From the IMG/VR virus record IMGVR_UViG_3300028629_000006: a stretch of DNA of 64,000 bases, one strand, 5' to 3'. Under the pieces are notes generated by a model, which worked only from the letters and a program-made list of their open reading frames with translations, did not search any database and was not told where the DNA came from. The position numbers and the translations under genes are program-made. Below, piece by piece: positions 43,258-53,070 of the stretch. This DNA is from an uncultured virus (IMG/VR IMGVR_UViG_3300028629_000006). Its lineage: Duplodnaviria; Heunggongvirae; Uroviricota; Caudoviricetes. Within the stretch, counting starts at the first letter, position 1, and each line of letters starts with the position of its first letter.

Positions 43258-44316
43258 CTACCGTGTTCCCTTCTCATTAGCGTGTGCTCGCAGCCTCTTG
43301 ATGATGCAGAATGCGTGTTTGCGAGCGAGGATCGGGGGGAAGGCGTTGCCGATCATCTGCGCTGCCGCGAACTTCCCCCGTTCTAGTGAGAACCAATAAC
43401 GGAGGGGGAAGGTCTGGAGAAGCGCCGCTTCTCGCAGTGTCATGGCGCGGTTCTGCGTAGGGTGAAGGAAGCGTCCTTTTGACGGATTTACGCAGCCACC
43501 AGTGATTGTTGGGGCGACCTTCCCCCAAGCCATCCTCCCGTACACATCGTTGAATCCATCACATTCCTCGTGACATCTCAATTGCTGCTTCACGCCCAAG
43601 GCAGTTCGGCTGCCGCCATTCTTTGGGATCGCGGCAATAAGTGCCTTCACTCTATCACACCGATCCTCCGGTAGTTTATGGAGGGCATCGCGAGACTTGG
43701 CTGGGCGGGGTAATCTCCCGATTGTATCTTTGACAGTGAGGCTTTTACTCTTGGCCGCCGGAGCGGCATATTGAATAGGACCGACACGGCTGGCAATAAA
43801 GACCATTCGTCGCCGGCGCTGGGGCACACCAAAGTGGGCAGCGTCTAGAACTATGGGTTTCCCGACATAGCCGAGATGTCGAAGCGCCTTCCGAACCTGA
43901 TTGAAACGGTAATCCTTGATCAGGCGCGGTACATTCTCGATCAAGACAACTTTGGGCAGGAGCTTTCTGACGAAGCGAAGATACTGAAACACCAAGTCCT
44001 TGCTCTTCTTGTCTCGCACGCGCCGGCGGCCGTTTAGACGAGGCAACGCGGAGAACGCTTGGCATGGGGGACAACCCGCAAGAAGATCGAGCCCACCCCG
44101 ACCCAGCTTGTGATATGCCATGACCTCCTTTACTGCTAACCGGCGGATGTCCCTAGCCCACACTTGCACGTCGCGGAGATTCTTGCGATAAGTTGCCACG
44201 GCGAGCGGGTCGTTCTCAACAGCAGCAATGACGCGGAAGCCGGCATTCTTGATGCCCAGGCTGGTCCCGCCGCAACCCGAGAACAGGTCTATTGCTCTAG
44301 GCTTTCGCTTCGCCAT
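43258..44316 (-). CDS. C5 DNA cytosine methyltransferase
   Basis: DLFSGCGG, GCPPCQ, ENV, PQRRRR, REAALLQTFP and IGNA. Confidence 0.95.
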   Translation of the reverse strand: MAKRKPRAIDLFSGCGGTSLGIKNAGFRVIAAVENDPLAVATYRKNLRDVQVWARDIRRLAVKEVMAYHKLGRGGLDLLAGCPPCQAFSALPRLNGRRRVRDKKSKDLVFQYLRFVRKLLPKVVLIENVPRLIKDYRFNQVRKALRHLGYVGKPIVLDAAHFGVPQRRRRMVFIASRVGPIQYAAPAAKSKSLTVKDTIGRLPRPAKSRDALHKLPEDRCDRVKALIAAIPKNGGSRTALGVKQQLRCHEECDGFNDVYGRMAWGKVAPTITGGCVNPSKGRFLHPTQNRAMTLREAALLQTFPLRYWFSLERGKFAAAQMIGNAFPPILARKHAFCIIKRLRAHANEKGTR

Positions 44317-44325
44317 GCTGCCTTT

Positions 44326-46218
44326 TCACGCCTCCTTAGTCACCAGCACCTCTTCGCCGAGCATGTCGATGATCTTGACGGCGACGGTGCTCTTGCCTCC
44401 GCCGTCCGGCGCGGGGATGTCGTATTCGCCGGAAACGAGATCGTTCTTCCGGGACGGTATATCAGACAGGGCGACGTTGAAGACCTTTCCGTCGTATGCC
44501 GGGTCGATCATCACGCAGTCCACCATGCAACGCCAATCCTTGATCTTTTTCTGGAAGAGGTCGCGTTCCATGTCCAGTCGCTTGATGATCGTGGGCGACA
44601 CGAAGTCCTCGATCCGGACGGTGATCCGGCCCTTGGACCTTGTGATCTTCACGCGGGCCGACGCCGGGTCATGCTTGATGAATCCTGCGTATTTCGGGTC
44701 CGTGCGGAGTTCAATCACACGCAGACGGTTCGGGACATTGTGCCCCTTCTTGCGCACCCGGTTCCACTCCTCCACCCACGAATGCGCAGTCAGTTCCATC
44801 CCCAGGCAGACGAGCACGACTTCCCGATCCTCGTCCTTCCGCGCTTCGAGCTCACGCTTCAAGTCCTCCAGATCCATCGGCGAGAGCGGGTGGTTGAAGG
44901 GTATGATCTTGACCAGTGACTTGCCCAGCACACCCTCGAAATAGGCGTCCGAACGGGACGTCTCTACGCCGATGTACTCGCAAGCGAGCTTTATCGCTTC
45001 GTTGTGCTGGACCTGGAGGTCGTAGTCGTTTACACGGAACACGCAGAAGGACGACTGCGTGGGTTCGGGCGGCTTCTCCTCCGTGTCGTCCATCAGACTC
45101 CCTTGTTTCGCGCCGCCGCATTCGGCGATCTGCTCGCTGATGGCATTCTGAAGCCGCTTCGCTGTCGTGTGGATCGCCCCCTTGTTGATATCGCAGCCGA
45201 TCCAGCGCCGACCGAGTCTCTGGGCCACGGCTGCTGTCGTACCAGACCCCACACAATAGTCTGTAATGATGTCGCCCGGGTTTGTATACACTAGGAGCAG
45301 CAATTCCAGAAGCGCTTCGGGTTTCTGCGTTGGATAATCCGTCTTCTGATTCTTGTCGGCGGGAGGGATCAGAGGAATACCCCAGATGTTGTCCAGCGTC
45401 TTAGCGTCAGACTCCTGGTAAACGAGATTCCCGTCCTCATCCTTGAGGTTCACCAGGATGCCGTCGACCTTTACGCGCTTTAGCTGCTTGATGACGCTCT
45501 CCCTTGGTGCTGCGAGGCGGTGAAAGGTGGCTTCATCTCCCTTAGCGTAGACCAGAAGTGTGTTGGTGGCCCGAGGAAGAATCCCCTTTCGAACGTCATG
45601 CATCTTATTGTAGAAGTACCAGTAGATTTCATTACGGAAGCTATTAGCCCCAAACACTTCATCCAGGACAACTCGAAGATGGTGCTCTTTTCGCCAGTCG
45701 CAGTGGAGCACGAAGATCCCTGACTCTGCAAGCAGCTCTTTGCTCAACAGGAGACGCTCGTACATAAACTGGAGATAGTTGTCATTAGCCCAAATGTCCG
45801 TGTACTGGATCTGCTCTCCGAGCGTATACTCTTCGCCTTCGATCCTGGCTTGCCCCTTCACCCCGCGCAGTTCCACCTTGCGAACATAGTCAGCACCAGA
45901 ATCGAATGGCGGGTCGATGTAGATGAGATTTACCCGGCCCCGAAATCCGTTGGCCAGCAAGTGCGCCAGCACTTCTTTGTTGTCGCCATGGAACAGCAGG
46001 CCGGTTTTCGGATAGGCCCCCGGCCAGTCCAGCCAGGTGGTCCTGGGCTTGATCTTAGCCAGGTCGCCCGACGGGTCGTAGGTCTCCACGTGCTGCGCCG
46101 GTAGAGCCGGGACGTAGCGCAGCGGCTTCTTGCCGACCCAGGAAAGCATCGGGCGGCCCTTGGCGGCCGACACTTCCACCTGAGCCGGGGCGTCTTCCTT
46201 CTTCGGTTTCTTACTCAT
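44326..46218 (-). CDS. mod: Type III R-M methyltransferase subunit
   Basis: IYIDPPF, YPTQKPE and D...GSGTT; adjacent to res. Confidence 0.88.
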   Translation of the reverse strand: MSKKPKKEDAPAQVEVSAAKGRPMLSWVGKKPLRYVPALPAQHVETYDPSGDLAKIKPRTTWLDWPGAYPKTGLLFHGDNKEVLAHLLANGFRGRVNLIYIDPPFDSGADYVRKVELRGVKGQARIEGEEYTLGEQIQYTDIWANDNYLQFMYERLLLSKELLAESGIFVLHCDWRKEHHLRVVLDEVFGANSFRNEIYWYFYNKMHDVRKGILPRATNTLLVYAKGDEATFHRLAAPRESVIKQLKRVKVDGILVNLKDEDGNLVYQESDAKTLDNIWGIPLIPPADKNQKTDYPTQKPEALLELLLLVYTNPGDIITDYCVGSGTTAAVAQRLGRRWIGCDINKGAIHTTAKRLQNAISEQIAECGGAKQGSLMDDTEEKPPEPTQSSFCVFRVNDYDLQVQHNEAIKLACEYIGVETSRSDAYFEGVLGKSLVKIIPFNHPLSPMDLEDLKRELEARKDEDREVVLVCLGMELTAHSWVEEWNRVRKKGHNVPNRLRVIELRTDPKYAGFIKHDPASARVKITRSKGRITVRIEDFVSPTIIKRLDMERDLFQKKIKDWRCMVDCVMIDPAYDGKVFNVALSDIPSRKNDLVSGEYDIPAPDGGGKSTVAVKIIDMLGEEVLVTKEA

Positions 46219-46225
46219 GGCATCT

Positions 46226-48886
46226 TCACTCCGTGTTCGTCGGCGGGAACGCGCCCGTCTTCACGAACTCCCTGGTCGTCTTCATCTGGTTCTGCGCGAC
46301 CTCATGGCCGACGAAAATCATCTCATACCTGAGACGATCCGGGTTGAGCCCCTCCCACCTACGGATCGCCATCGCCTTTCGTCCTTCGGTCCCCTGCACC
46401 GGGTCGTCCTTCATCCGCTGGTCTTTGATCTCGATGATGAGGCACTTCCCATTCTTGAGTCGGATCACGAAATCGGGCGTGTACCGCCGCCAGTCACCGT
46501 GCTCGTCGCGGTATTCCACGTAGAAGTCGGTCTTGTCCGGAGTCGTCAGAGCGCCGGTGAAGTAGACGTCCTCCACCTGCTCCGGGTCCGCGTTGGCCAG
46601 CAGCACCAGTTTCTCGCAGAACGACTTCTCCGGATTCGAATCGAAGTTATACGGCGTATAGTGGAACCCGAAGTCGGCCGTGTTGACCAACTGCAGGTCC
46701 TCCATGCGCATAAGCAGGGACTCGCGTTCTTTCAGATAGACGATCTCGGCGGTGTAGACCTCCGCGCCAGCATCGTCGATTTCCCTGGTGAAGCCTTCCG
46801 GTTTCACCAGGGCGAGCGCCACGTCCACCTTCTCCTCTTTCACCTCGTACCGGCACATCTGCGCCTCGATCTGCGCTCCGAGCGGTTCGACATGCCCCAA
46901 GGGTACCTCGCCGTCTTCGACGTAGAGGCGGTTCATCTCGTCGTAGACGCGCCAGAACTCCACGCGGTAGGCGTCTGAAAGACGTACGGCGGCGGTGTAG
47001 ACATCGAGCGACTCGAACGCCCCCTCGAGCCGCACCTCGTCTACTTCCTGGAGCACACGTTCGGCGGCCTGTCGTTCGACCAGCGTCAATATGGTGCGGG
47101 TCATCGCCTCGCCCGGCTTCACGTCGGGTTTGGAAAGGGTGACTGTGCTTTCGCCAGCGTCATCCTTCAGGACGACGCGCCGCATGATCTGAGTCACCAC
47201 CAGCGGCGGGATGTTCACCTTCCGCAGGCGCAGCACGGCGGTCCGCGTCTCCCTACCGGCGTGGTCCAGATCGCTGAGCGATTCGCCGTAGGTCTCCTGG
47301 AGCTGCTTGTCGAGGATCGACCGGTTATCCTGGGAGAGGTAGACCCGCGCGGGGCGATTGTTGCCCGGCACCTGGCGCAGGCAACGCGACGCGGCCTGGA
47401 GTACGAAGTTGTTGGAGCTGCGCAGCTTGCGGGCAAGCGCACAGGCGAAAAGGCTGGGGCAGTTCCAGCCTTCGGTGCCCTTGTTCACCAGCAGTATTAC
47501 GCGATGTGGGCTGTCGGGGAAATTGAGTCGGTTAAAGGCGTCGACCTCCTCCTGTTTCGACTCCGACGTGTTGCGGAGGATGATGCCGGGGTCCTGGCCG
47601 AGTTCGAGCAGCGTTCGCTCTACATGCGGACGCAGCTCGTCCAGATCGTCATTCTGCGGGAAGTAGATCGCCAACTTCGCCTTCTGTCCGCCGTGAAGCT
47701 CGACGTCGGCGTACTCCGAGAAGAAGTCGCGCACGATCTCCCGGACGAACTCGTCGGCATTCTCGTTGTCGAAATCGTATGCGTAGATGTTGCTGGTCAG
47801 CTCCTTCAGAATGCCATCCTGGATTCCTTGCGACAGGCCGTACCAGATGACTACGTCGCGCAGAGGTTGACGCTGGAAGTAAGGGGTCCCGGTCGTGTTG
47901 ACGACGCAGACGAGGTTCGGGCTCTTGTGATGCAGATAGTCGACCGTCTGTCGGACGCGCTTCAGGTCCTGGCCCATCTCGCTGCCGTAGGTATGGTGCG
48001 CCTCGTCGGAGAACACGGCCAGATGCGGCAGACTGGCGATGGCCTGCAACCGACGGTTCGCCACCGCCTCCTTCGCCGCCTCCAGCCCGGACTCGGGAAG
48101 CAGAGACCCGATGTCACTCTTGCGGATCGCCGACTTCTGAATCCGAATCTTCTCGGTGTTGGTAACAACCAAATTGAAGAGCGACCCGCGGATGACCGGA
48201 ACGTCCGGGTCGCCGTCGCGGGTGAAGGTAAGCTTCAGGTTAGCGAGAAACAGCTTGCAGAGCCGGGGCGGAAGGATCTTCTCGTAGGGCACCTCGGCGA
48301 GTTCGCGGAGAGATTCGATAATCGTTGTGCCGGGCGCGAAGACGAGCGCGTTCTGGACGAACGGCGTGGGCCGTTGCTGGAAGAGCCCCTCGGCATACTC
48401 CATCGCCATAGCAAATTCCGTGGCGATGATCGCGCCGATCAGGATCGTCTTGCCCGCCCCCATGGCCAATGCAAAGATATAACTTGGGTAGTCGAGCGTC
48501 AGAGTCTCGCGCAACGCGTCCAGCTTGATGTCCTTCACGAATCGGTCGTCTTCGCGTATCCTGCCCCACAGCGCGTCGATGCCCTGGTCCATGACGTACT
48601 GCTTGATATCTCCGTGGGTGAGACCGAGGGCCTCCAACCGTTGAGAGTTGCTGGAATACAGCCGGTTGTAGAGCTCGAAGATGTGTGGCGTCCTTTCGAT
48701 GAGCCTCAAGTACCAGTACGTTTCCAGCGCCTGAAGCTGCGCATGGCGCAGGAAGCGGCGCGTTCCCGTTACCTCATCAAGTTGAAAACGAAGCACCTCG
48801 GCAATGGTGGGGTAATCGGTGCACTCGTATCCGGTCCGCCGCCATTCAGCCGTCTTCTGTGCTATCAGTTGATGAAGATGCCCCAT
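46226..48886 (-). CDS. res: Type III R-M restriction subunit
   Basis: AMGAGKT, SDEAHH, EGWN and C-terminal YTPDF...IEIK. Confidence 0.88.
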   Translation of the reverse strand: MGHLHQLIAQKTAEWRRTGYECTDYPTIAEVLRFQLDEVTGTRRFLRHAQLQALETYWYLRLIERTPHIFELYNRLYSSNSQRLEALGLTHGDIKQYVMDQGIDALWGRIREDDRFVKDIKLDALRETLTLDYPSYIFALAMGAGKTILIGAIIATEFAMAMEYAEGLFQQRPTPFVQNALVFAPGTTIIESLRELAEVPYEKILPPRLCKLFLANLKLTFTRDGDPDVPVIRGSLFNLVVTNTEKIRIQKSAIRKSDIGSLLPESGLEAAKEAVANRRLQAIASLPHLAVFSDEAHHTYGSEMGQDLKRVRQTVDYLHHKSPNLVCVVNTTGTPYFQRQPLRDVVIWYGLSQGIQDGILKELTSNIYAYDFDNENADEFVREIVRDFFSEYADVELHGGQKAKLAIYFPQNDDLDELRPHVERTLLELGQDPGIILRNTSESKQEEVDAFNRLNFPDSPHRVILLVNKGTEGWNCPSLFACALARKLRSSNNFVLQAASRCLRQVPGNNRPARVYLSQDNRSILDKQLQETYGESLSDLDHAGRETRTAVLRLRKVNIPPLVVTQIMRRVVLKDDAGESTVTLSKPDVKPGEAMTRTILTLVERQAAERVLQEVDEVRLEGAFESLDVYTAAVRLSDAYRVEFWRVYDEMNRLYVEDGEVPLGHVEPLGAQIEAQMCRYEVKEEKVDVALALVKPEGFTREIDDAGAEVYTAEIVYLKERESLLMRMEDLQLVNTADFGFHYTPYNFDSNPEKSFCEKLVLLANADPEQVEDVYFTGALTTPDKTDFYVEYRDEHGDWRRYTPDFVIRLKNGKCLIIEIKDQRMKDDPVQGTEGRKAMAIRRWEGLNPDRLRYEMIFVGHEVAQNQMKTTREFVKTGAFPPTNTE

Positions 48887-48922
48887 CGTTTCCTTGCCTT
48901 CCCTACGTCGAGGGCCGACTCT

Positions 48923-49132
48923 TCAGTTTCGGTCGCCATCCTTCGGCTGTTCCTCTTCCTTGCCGCCGCCGCGCACCCACTCATCGACCTCGGACAGCTT
49001 GAAACGGAAAAGCCGCCCCACCCGGTGTGCCGGGAGCGCCTTCCGTTCGATCCATCTGTAGACGGAATCCTTGTTAACGCCGAGATGCGCCGCGACATCC
49101 TCGACACTGACCCACCGTTCTTCAGCATTCAC
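48923..49132 (-). CDS. Excisionase-like HTH_17 regulator
   Basis: WVSVEDVAAHLGV..SVYRWI...LPAHRVGRLFRF..SEVDEWV. Confidence 0.88.
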   Translation of the reverse strand: MNAEERWVSVEDVAAHLGVNKDSVYRWIERKALPAHRVGRLFRFKLSEVDEWVRGGGKEEEQPKDGDRN

Positions 49133-49196
49133 CCAGGTTCTTCCTCCCAGGAGCAAGACTTCACAAATCAGGCCTAAACAGAAGAGAGTAGATGAT

Positions 49197-49224
49197 AGTA
49201 TATGAAATCAGACGGCGATGTCAA
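49197..49224 (-). promoter_or_regulatory. Sigma70 promoter for the defence operon
   Basis: TTGACA-16-TATACT on the minus strand. Confidence 0.6.
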
Positions 49225-49444
49225 AGAAGATCGCGCAAGCAGGTTCACGTAGCGGCCGCATCGCGCGCAACAGGTCCGGTGAGCTAACCGGGGTCACGTT
49301 ATCCCAGGGCAGGTGCAGCTCGGAAATGAGCCCGGTCTCGTCGTCCGTAAATGCGGCCACGGCGGCTCTGACGCCCATCAGGTTACGTACCCGGCGCATG
49401 CCGAAAGTGTCGGGCATTCCGCCGAACAGGCGCCCCGATTTTTC

Positions 49445-49473
49445 TTGACATCAATGTTTTGGGGCACTATTAT
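49445..49473 (+). promoter_or_regulatory. Sigma70 promoter for the prophage 2 regulator pair
   Basis: TTGACA-17-TATTAT. Confidence 0.75.
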
Positions 49474-49536
49474 CGGACGCTTAGGAGAGCTAAAGGAGGG
49501 TGGCTAAGGCAGATCGATAGCTAAGACATTCCGCCC

Positions 49537-49625
49537 TGAAGGGAAGAGATACCTTCACCCCTCCATAGAGGGAACTAGGGTCCGCGTCCGAGCTGATGCT
49601 GCGGGACGGCGGGCCTTTCTTTTTT
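49537..49625 (+). ncRNA. Structured 5' leader ending in an intrinsic terminator (attenuator-like)
   Basis: Hairpins TGAAGG/CCTTCA and CCCTC/GAGGG, then a long GC stem followed by TTTCTTTTTT, between the promoter and the 49651 start. Confidence 0.5.
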
Positions 49626-49650
49626 GGCGTGAGGGAAGGAGGCTACGGTC

Positions 49651-50847
49651 ATGGCGACGTTCAATCTGCGGCGGTTCTCATCCTCGGAGGCGCTTCGGGC
49701 CATCGCGCCTGTCCATCTGCTCGAGTTTTTGGCTCGGCACCAGGCTTTCTTTGTACAGCGCGGCCTCGCTCTGCCGGCCCCCGCGGCGGCCGAGACCTTG
49801 GACTACGAGCGCCTGGTCGCCATCCTGATGTCCCCCGAGGACGACACCCCGCCGGGGCTGGCCGAAGCGCTCTACTTGATCCACGAGATGTCCACACAGG
49901 AGGGCATGGACTCGATCTTGGATGGCGTCAAGAGCGGCGACGTCAAGATCGACGACTCGTCCGAGCTTACCGCTGCGGACGTCGCGGTGCAGGTGTGGCT
50001 GTCGGCGCCGCAGTACCTGGAGCGCAAGCACGCGGAGCAATCCGTGGAGCACACCCGGTCATTCGAATACTTCCAGTCGAACGTCGCGACTCCACCGCGG
50101 ATCAAGCGCCCGACGGCCGCCGTCCTGCGGGAGTTGGAGAAGGGGCTGGATGCTTGGTTCGAGGAGAAGAAGCGCGGGCGCGGGGCCAAGGTACTCGCCT
50201 TCCCCAAGGGCGATGAGGTGTGGTTCCTGGTCCGGCACGGCGATCTCCTTAAGCGCGAGGGCAAGTACGAGCACGGAGAATCGAGCACCTTCGTCTACCG
50301 GCCCGAGAAGTACGACGTCCTAATCTACAATCAGCAACTCGGGGAACTGCGCATCCACGCCGACACCAAGGGCGAGAAGGCTCTGTACCGGGCCAAGTTT
50401 GGCCTGCACCTCTTCGGGCGCGAGGACTTCTTCCCGGGGCAGGCCAAGTACACCCTCAAGCCGCTGATCGAACTCGGGAAGGACTCCCTGGCCTGCGACA
50501 TCGAGGGAATCGATGCGGTCTGGCTGGTCGAGCTGCAGACAGCCTGGGGTGGAGCACACCAGGAGGTGGAGATCCGCAAGGCAACGGACATCTTCGCTGT
50601 CTTCGAAGAACGCAAATGGAAGATTCATCCGAAGGCCAGGTTGACCAAGGCCAAGTTCCGGGTCAAGTTCACGTCCTCCAACACGCCCCGAACGGTCACG
50701 GTCAAGCCGCCAAACGTGGCCCTCTACGGGCGCGATAGCGATTCCGACCTAGTCGAGGCGTGGTTGGCAGCCCGTGGGTTCATCGGGAGCGAGGAGCAAG
50801 CCGGTGGTGAGCGCAAAGAAGCTGTCGCGGCTGTGGCCAACGCTTGA
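49651..50847 (+). CDS. Hypothetical protein (first gene of the regulator pair)
   Basis: 398 aa ORF with RBS; no recognised catalytic motif. Confidence 0.8.
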   Translation: MATFNLRRFSSSEALRAIAPVHLLEFLARHQAFFVQRGLALPAPAAAETLDYERLVAILMSPEDDTPPGLAEALYLIHEMSTQEGMDSILDGVKSGDVKIDDSSELTAADVAVQVWLSAPQYLERKHAEQSVEHTRSFEYFQSNVATPPRIKRPTAAVLRELEKGLDAWFEEKKRGRGAKVLAFPKGDEVWFLVRHGDLLKREGKYEHGESSTFVYRPEKYDVLIYNQQLGELRIHADTKGEKALYRAKFGLHLFGREDFFPGQAKYTLKPLIELGKDSLACDIEGIDAVWLVELQTAWGGAHQEVEIRKATDIFAVFEERKWKIHPKARLTKAKFRVKFTSSNTPRTVTVKPPNVALYGRDSDSDLVEAWLAARGFIGSEEQAGGERKEAVAAVANA

Positions 50848-51781
50848 GTCGCTGCCGGGGCTTGCGGCGGTCACGGCTGAGTGGTGTGACCGGCTGGGCC
50901 CCGAGTACGATCTAGCCAAGGTCTTCCTGAAGCCCACCGACCAACTGGCGTTGGCCTATCCCTGCGCCGGGCCGGGCGGGTGTGGCGGGTCTTGTCGGGT
51001 CGTAGTACACGGGCCCAGTGATGTCGTCGCGGTCTGCGAGGACTGCGGGACCACTCGGAAGCTCACCAAGGCAGACCGCGTCGTCTGGCGGGTGAACGTC
51101 GACCAACTGCTGAGGTCCGTGGCCAGCACCCTGAGCCTGACGGCCGATCCGGTAGCGACTCGTGAATTCCAGACGTACCGAGTGGGGACATTCGTTGCTG
51201 TCGGCAAGACTCGCCTGCCGGTCTACCTGACGATCCAGCTCGATCCGGACCGGCTGGCCCGAGCGGCCACATGGCTGCGGGCATCGTTCGAGGGGCCGCT
51301 GGTCCTCCTCGCTCCAACCCGTGCGCTCTTTGGAGGCACCCCGGAAGACGCCGCGTTGAAGGGCAAGGTGGCTTTCGGGAGCCTCGATGAGTTGGTGGGC
51401 GGCGGCACCAAGGAACTGGCAGCGTTGGATGGGGCGGATGGGCTACTCCGGGACGCCTGCGCCGCGGTGTTAGGCCTGTCTGATCAGAAGAAGCCGGCTC
51501 CGAAGAAGGTGCCGAAGCGTGCGTCGCGTGCCGCAACCATCGATGCGCTGAAACTAGAACTTCACAACTACATTCTCGGGATGAAGAGCAGACTCAGTCA
51601 GGCGGATGAGGCTGGCTCGCCCTTTGAACTCCCAGCGCTTGCGCAGAAGGATTTGGCCATCGCTATTGGGGCGACAAAGTCGTCTGTGTCCCGGGCCCTC
51701 GGCGATGGGAACGATCCGATGTTGGACATCCTACTGAAGACCGCGAACAGCGAGGAGATGATCCGCAAGTACTCCCGGTGA
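50804..51781 (+). CDS. Protein with N-terminal Cys cluster and C-terminal HTH
   Basis: YPC...C..C...VCEDC; LAQKDLAIAIGATKSSVSRAL HTH. Confidence 0.75.
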   Translation: MVSAKKLSRLWPTLESLPGLAAVTAEWCDRLGPEYDLAKVFLKPTDQLALAYPCAGPGGCGGSCRVVVHGPSDVVAVCEDCGTTRKLTKADRVVWRVNVDQLLRSVASTLSLTADPVATREFQTYRVGTFVAVGKTRLPVYLTIQLDPDRLARAATWLRASFEGPLVLLAPTRALFGGTPEDAALKGKVAFGSLDELVGGGTKELAALDGADGLLRDACAAVLGLSDQKKPAPKKVPKRASRAATIDALKLELHNYILGMKSRLSQADEAGSPFELPALAQKDLAIAIGATKSSVSRALGDGNDPMLDILLKTANSEEMIRKYSR

Positions 51782-51790
51782 CGCAGCCGA

Positions 51791-51821
51791 TTGCAGTTGT
51801 AGCCGTTTGCTGCAACTGCAA
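51791..51821. promoter_or_regulatory. Palindromic operator candidate
   Basis: TTGCAGTTGTAGC-5-GCTGCAACTGCAA; further TTGCAG/CTGCAA half-sites at ~51862 and ~51896. Confidence 0.6.
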
Positions 51822-51969
51822 TTCTGGCCGGAGGCTCTGTATCTATCCTAATTGAGCCCGGTTGCAGAGGGCTTCGTATTTTTCGGCCTCGGTTCCTGCA
51901 ATTCTTCCCCAGGGTGTCGAGCGGCGCACGGGGCGCTGCTCAGCCAGACACCCTTGCGGAGGAAGTACG

Positions 51970-52305
51970 ATGCAGGAAGCCAGACACGATCCCAGCAAGT
52001 CCCAGTTGTCGGAGGCGAGGCAGCGGCTCCTCGAGTCGATGCAGCGCATCACCTTCGGCCGCCTCGAAGGGCTCGCCGTCCGCGCCGGTGAGCCGGTCTT
52101 CGACCCGCCGCCGCGGGTGATCCGCGAGTTCAAGCCGGGCAGCAACACCAAGCGGTCTGAGGCGCAGCTCTCCGACTTCGCGCTCCGGAAAGAGCTGGCC
52201 GACCTGTTCGACTATTTCTCCCGCGTCCAGAACGTCACCATTCTCTCCATCGAGGTCCTGCACGGCCTGCCCTTCAAGGTGACGGTCGAGGAGGGCCTCG
52301 CCTAA
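51970..52305 (+). CDS. Small hypothetical protein upstream of the sigma gene
   Basis: GGAGGA RBS; LLESMQRITFGRLEGLAVRAGEPVF...IEVLHGLPF. Confidence 0.75.
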   Translation: MQEARHDPSKSQLSEARQRLLESMQRITFGRLEGLAVRAGEPVFDPPPRVIREFKPGSNTKRSEAQLSDFALRKELADLFDYFSRVQNVTILSIEVLHGLPFKVTVEEGLA

Positions 52306-52357
52306 CACGGGGTCGGCTCCCGAACATCCCCAACGTTTTCGGACCAGACATCTAACC

Positions 52358-52425
52358 GGCCACGAGGTGGAGGTCGATGTGGGTTCGCCGAGTACGGCGT
52401 CCACATGACCTCTGCCTTCGTGGCC
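52358..52425 (+). ncRNA. Long hairpin in the sigma leader
   Basis: GGCCACGAGGTGGAGGTC..ATGTGG..CGCCG-AGTA-CGGCG..CCACAT GACCTCTGCCTTCGTGGCC. Confidence 0.55.
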
Positions 52426-52477
52426 AGCTGCTTCTCGGTGAATCCCACGCGGTCTCCGCCGGCCAAAGGAGCCCGCA

Positions 52478-53065
52478 GTGGAGACCAAGCAGACCCCGAA
52501 CCCGATCAGCGACTACGCAGCCGAGACGATCCGCCACAAGGCCCGCCAGCTCGCCGGCACGGCGGGGTTCACCAAGGACGACATCGAGGACATCGAGCAG
52601 GACCTGGCGGTGGACCTGCTGGAGCGTCTGCCCAAGTTCAACCCGAACAGGGCGAAGCACACCACCTTCGTCGCCCGCCTGATCGAACGGAAGATCGCCA
52701 ACCTCATCCGCTACCGCACACAGGAGTGCCGAGACTACCGCCGCATGGAGTGCTCCCTGAGCGAGAACCTCGAGGACAGCGAAGGCGAGATCACCGAGCG
52801 CGCCGTCACGATCAGCCAGGACGCCGTGGACATCCGCATGGACCACCGGGTGCGCAGCCGGGAGGACGACACCTGGCTCCCGCCCGACGTGGCCGCGGTG
52901 ATCGCCGGCCTGCCGGACGACCTCCGCAGGGTAGCCGAGCAGCTCATGGCCGGGAGCTTCGCCCGGGCGGTCAAGGCCCTGGGCATGCCGCGGGCCACGC
53001 TCTACGGCGCGCGAGACCGCCTCCGGGCCATCTTCGAAGACGCCGGGTTGCGCCATTATTTGTGA
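52478..53065 (+). CDS. ECF-type sigma factor
   Basis: DIEDIEQDL...F.P.RAKHTTFV.R (region 2); GLPDDLRRVA...LGMPRATLY (region 4). Confidence 0.85.
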   Translation: METKQTPNPISDYAAETIRHKARQLAGTAGFTKDDIEDIEQDLAVDLLERLPKFNPNRAKHTTFVARLIERKIANLIRYRTQECRDYRRMECSLSENLEDSEGEITERAVTISQDAVDIRMDHRVRSREDDTWLPPDVAAVIAGLPDDLRRVAEQLMAGSFARAVKALGMPRATLYGARDRLRAIFEDAGLRHYL

Positions 53066-53070
53066 GTTCT

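Noticed and set aside
49208..49417. 69-aa ORF between the divergent promoters
   Set aside because: No RBS or motif, and it overlaps a promoter element.
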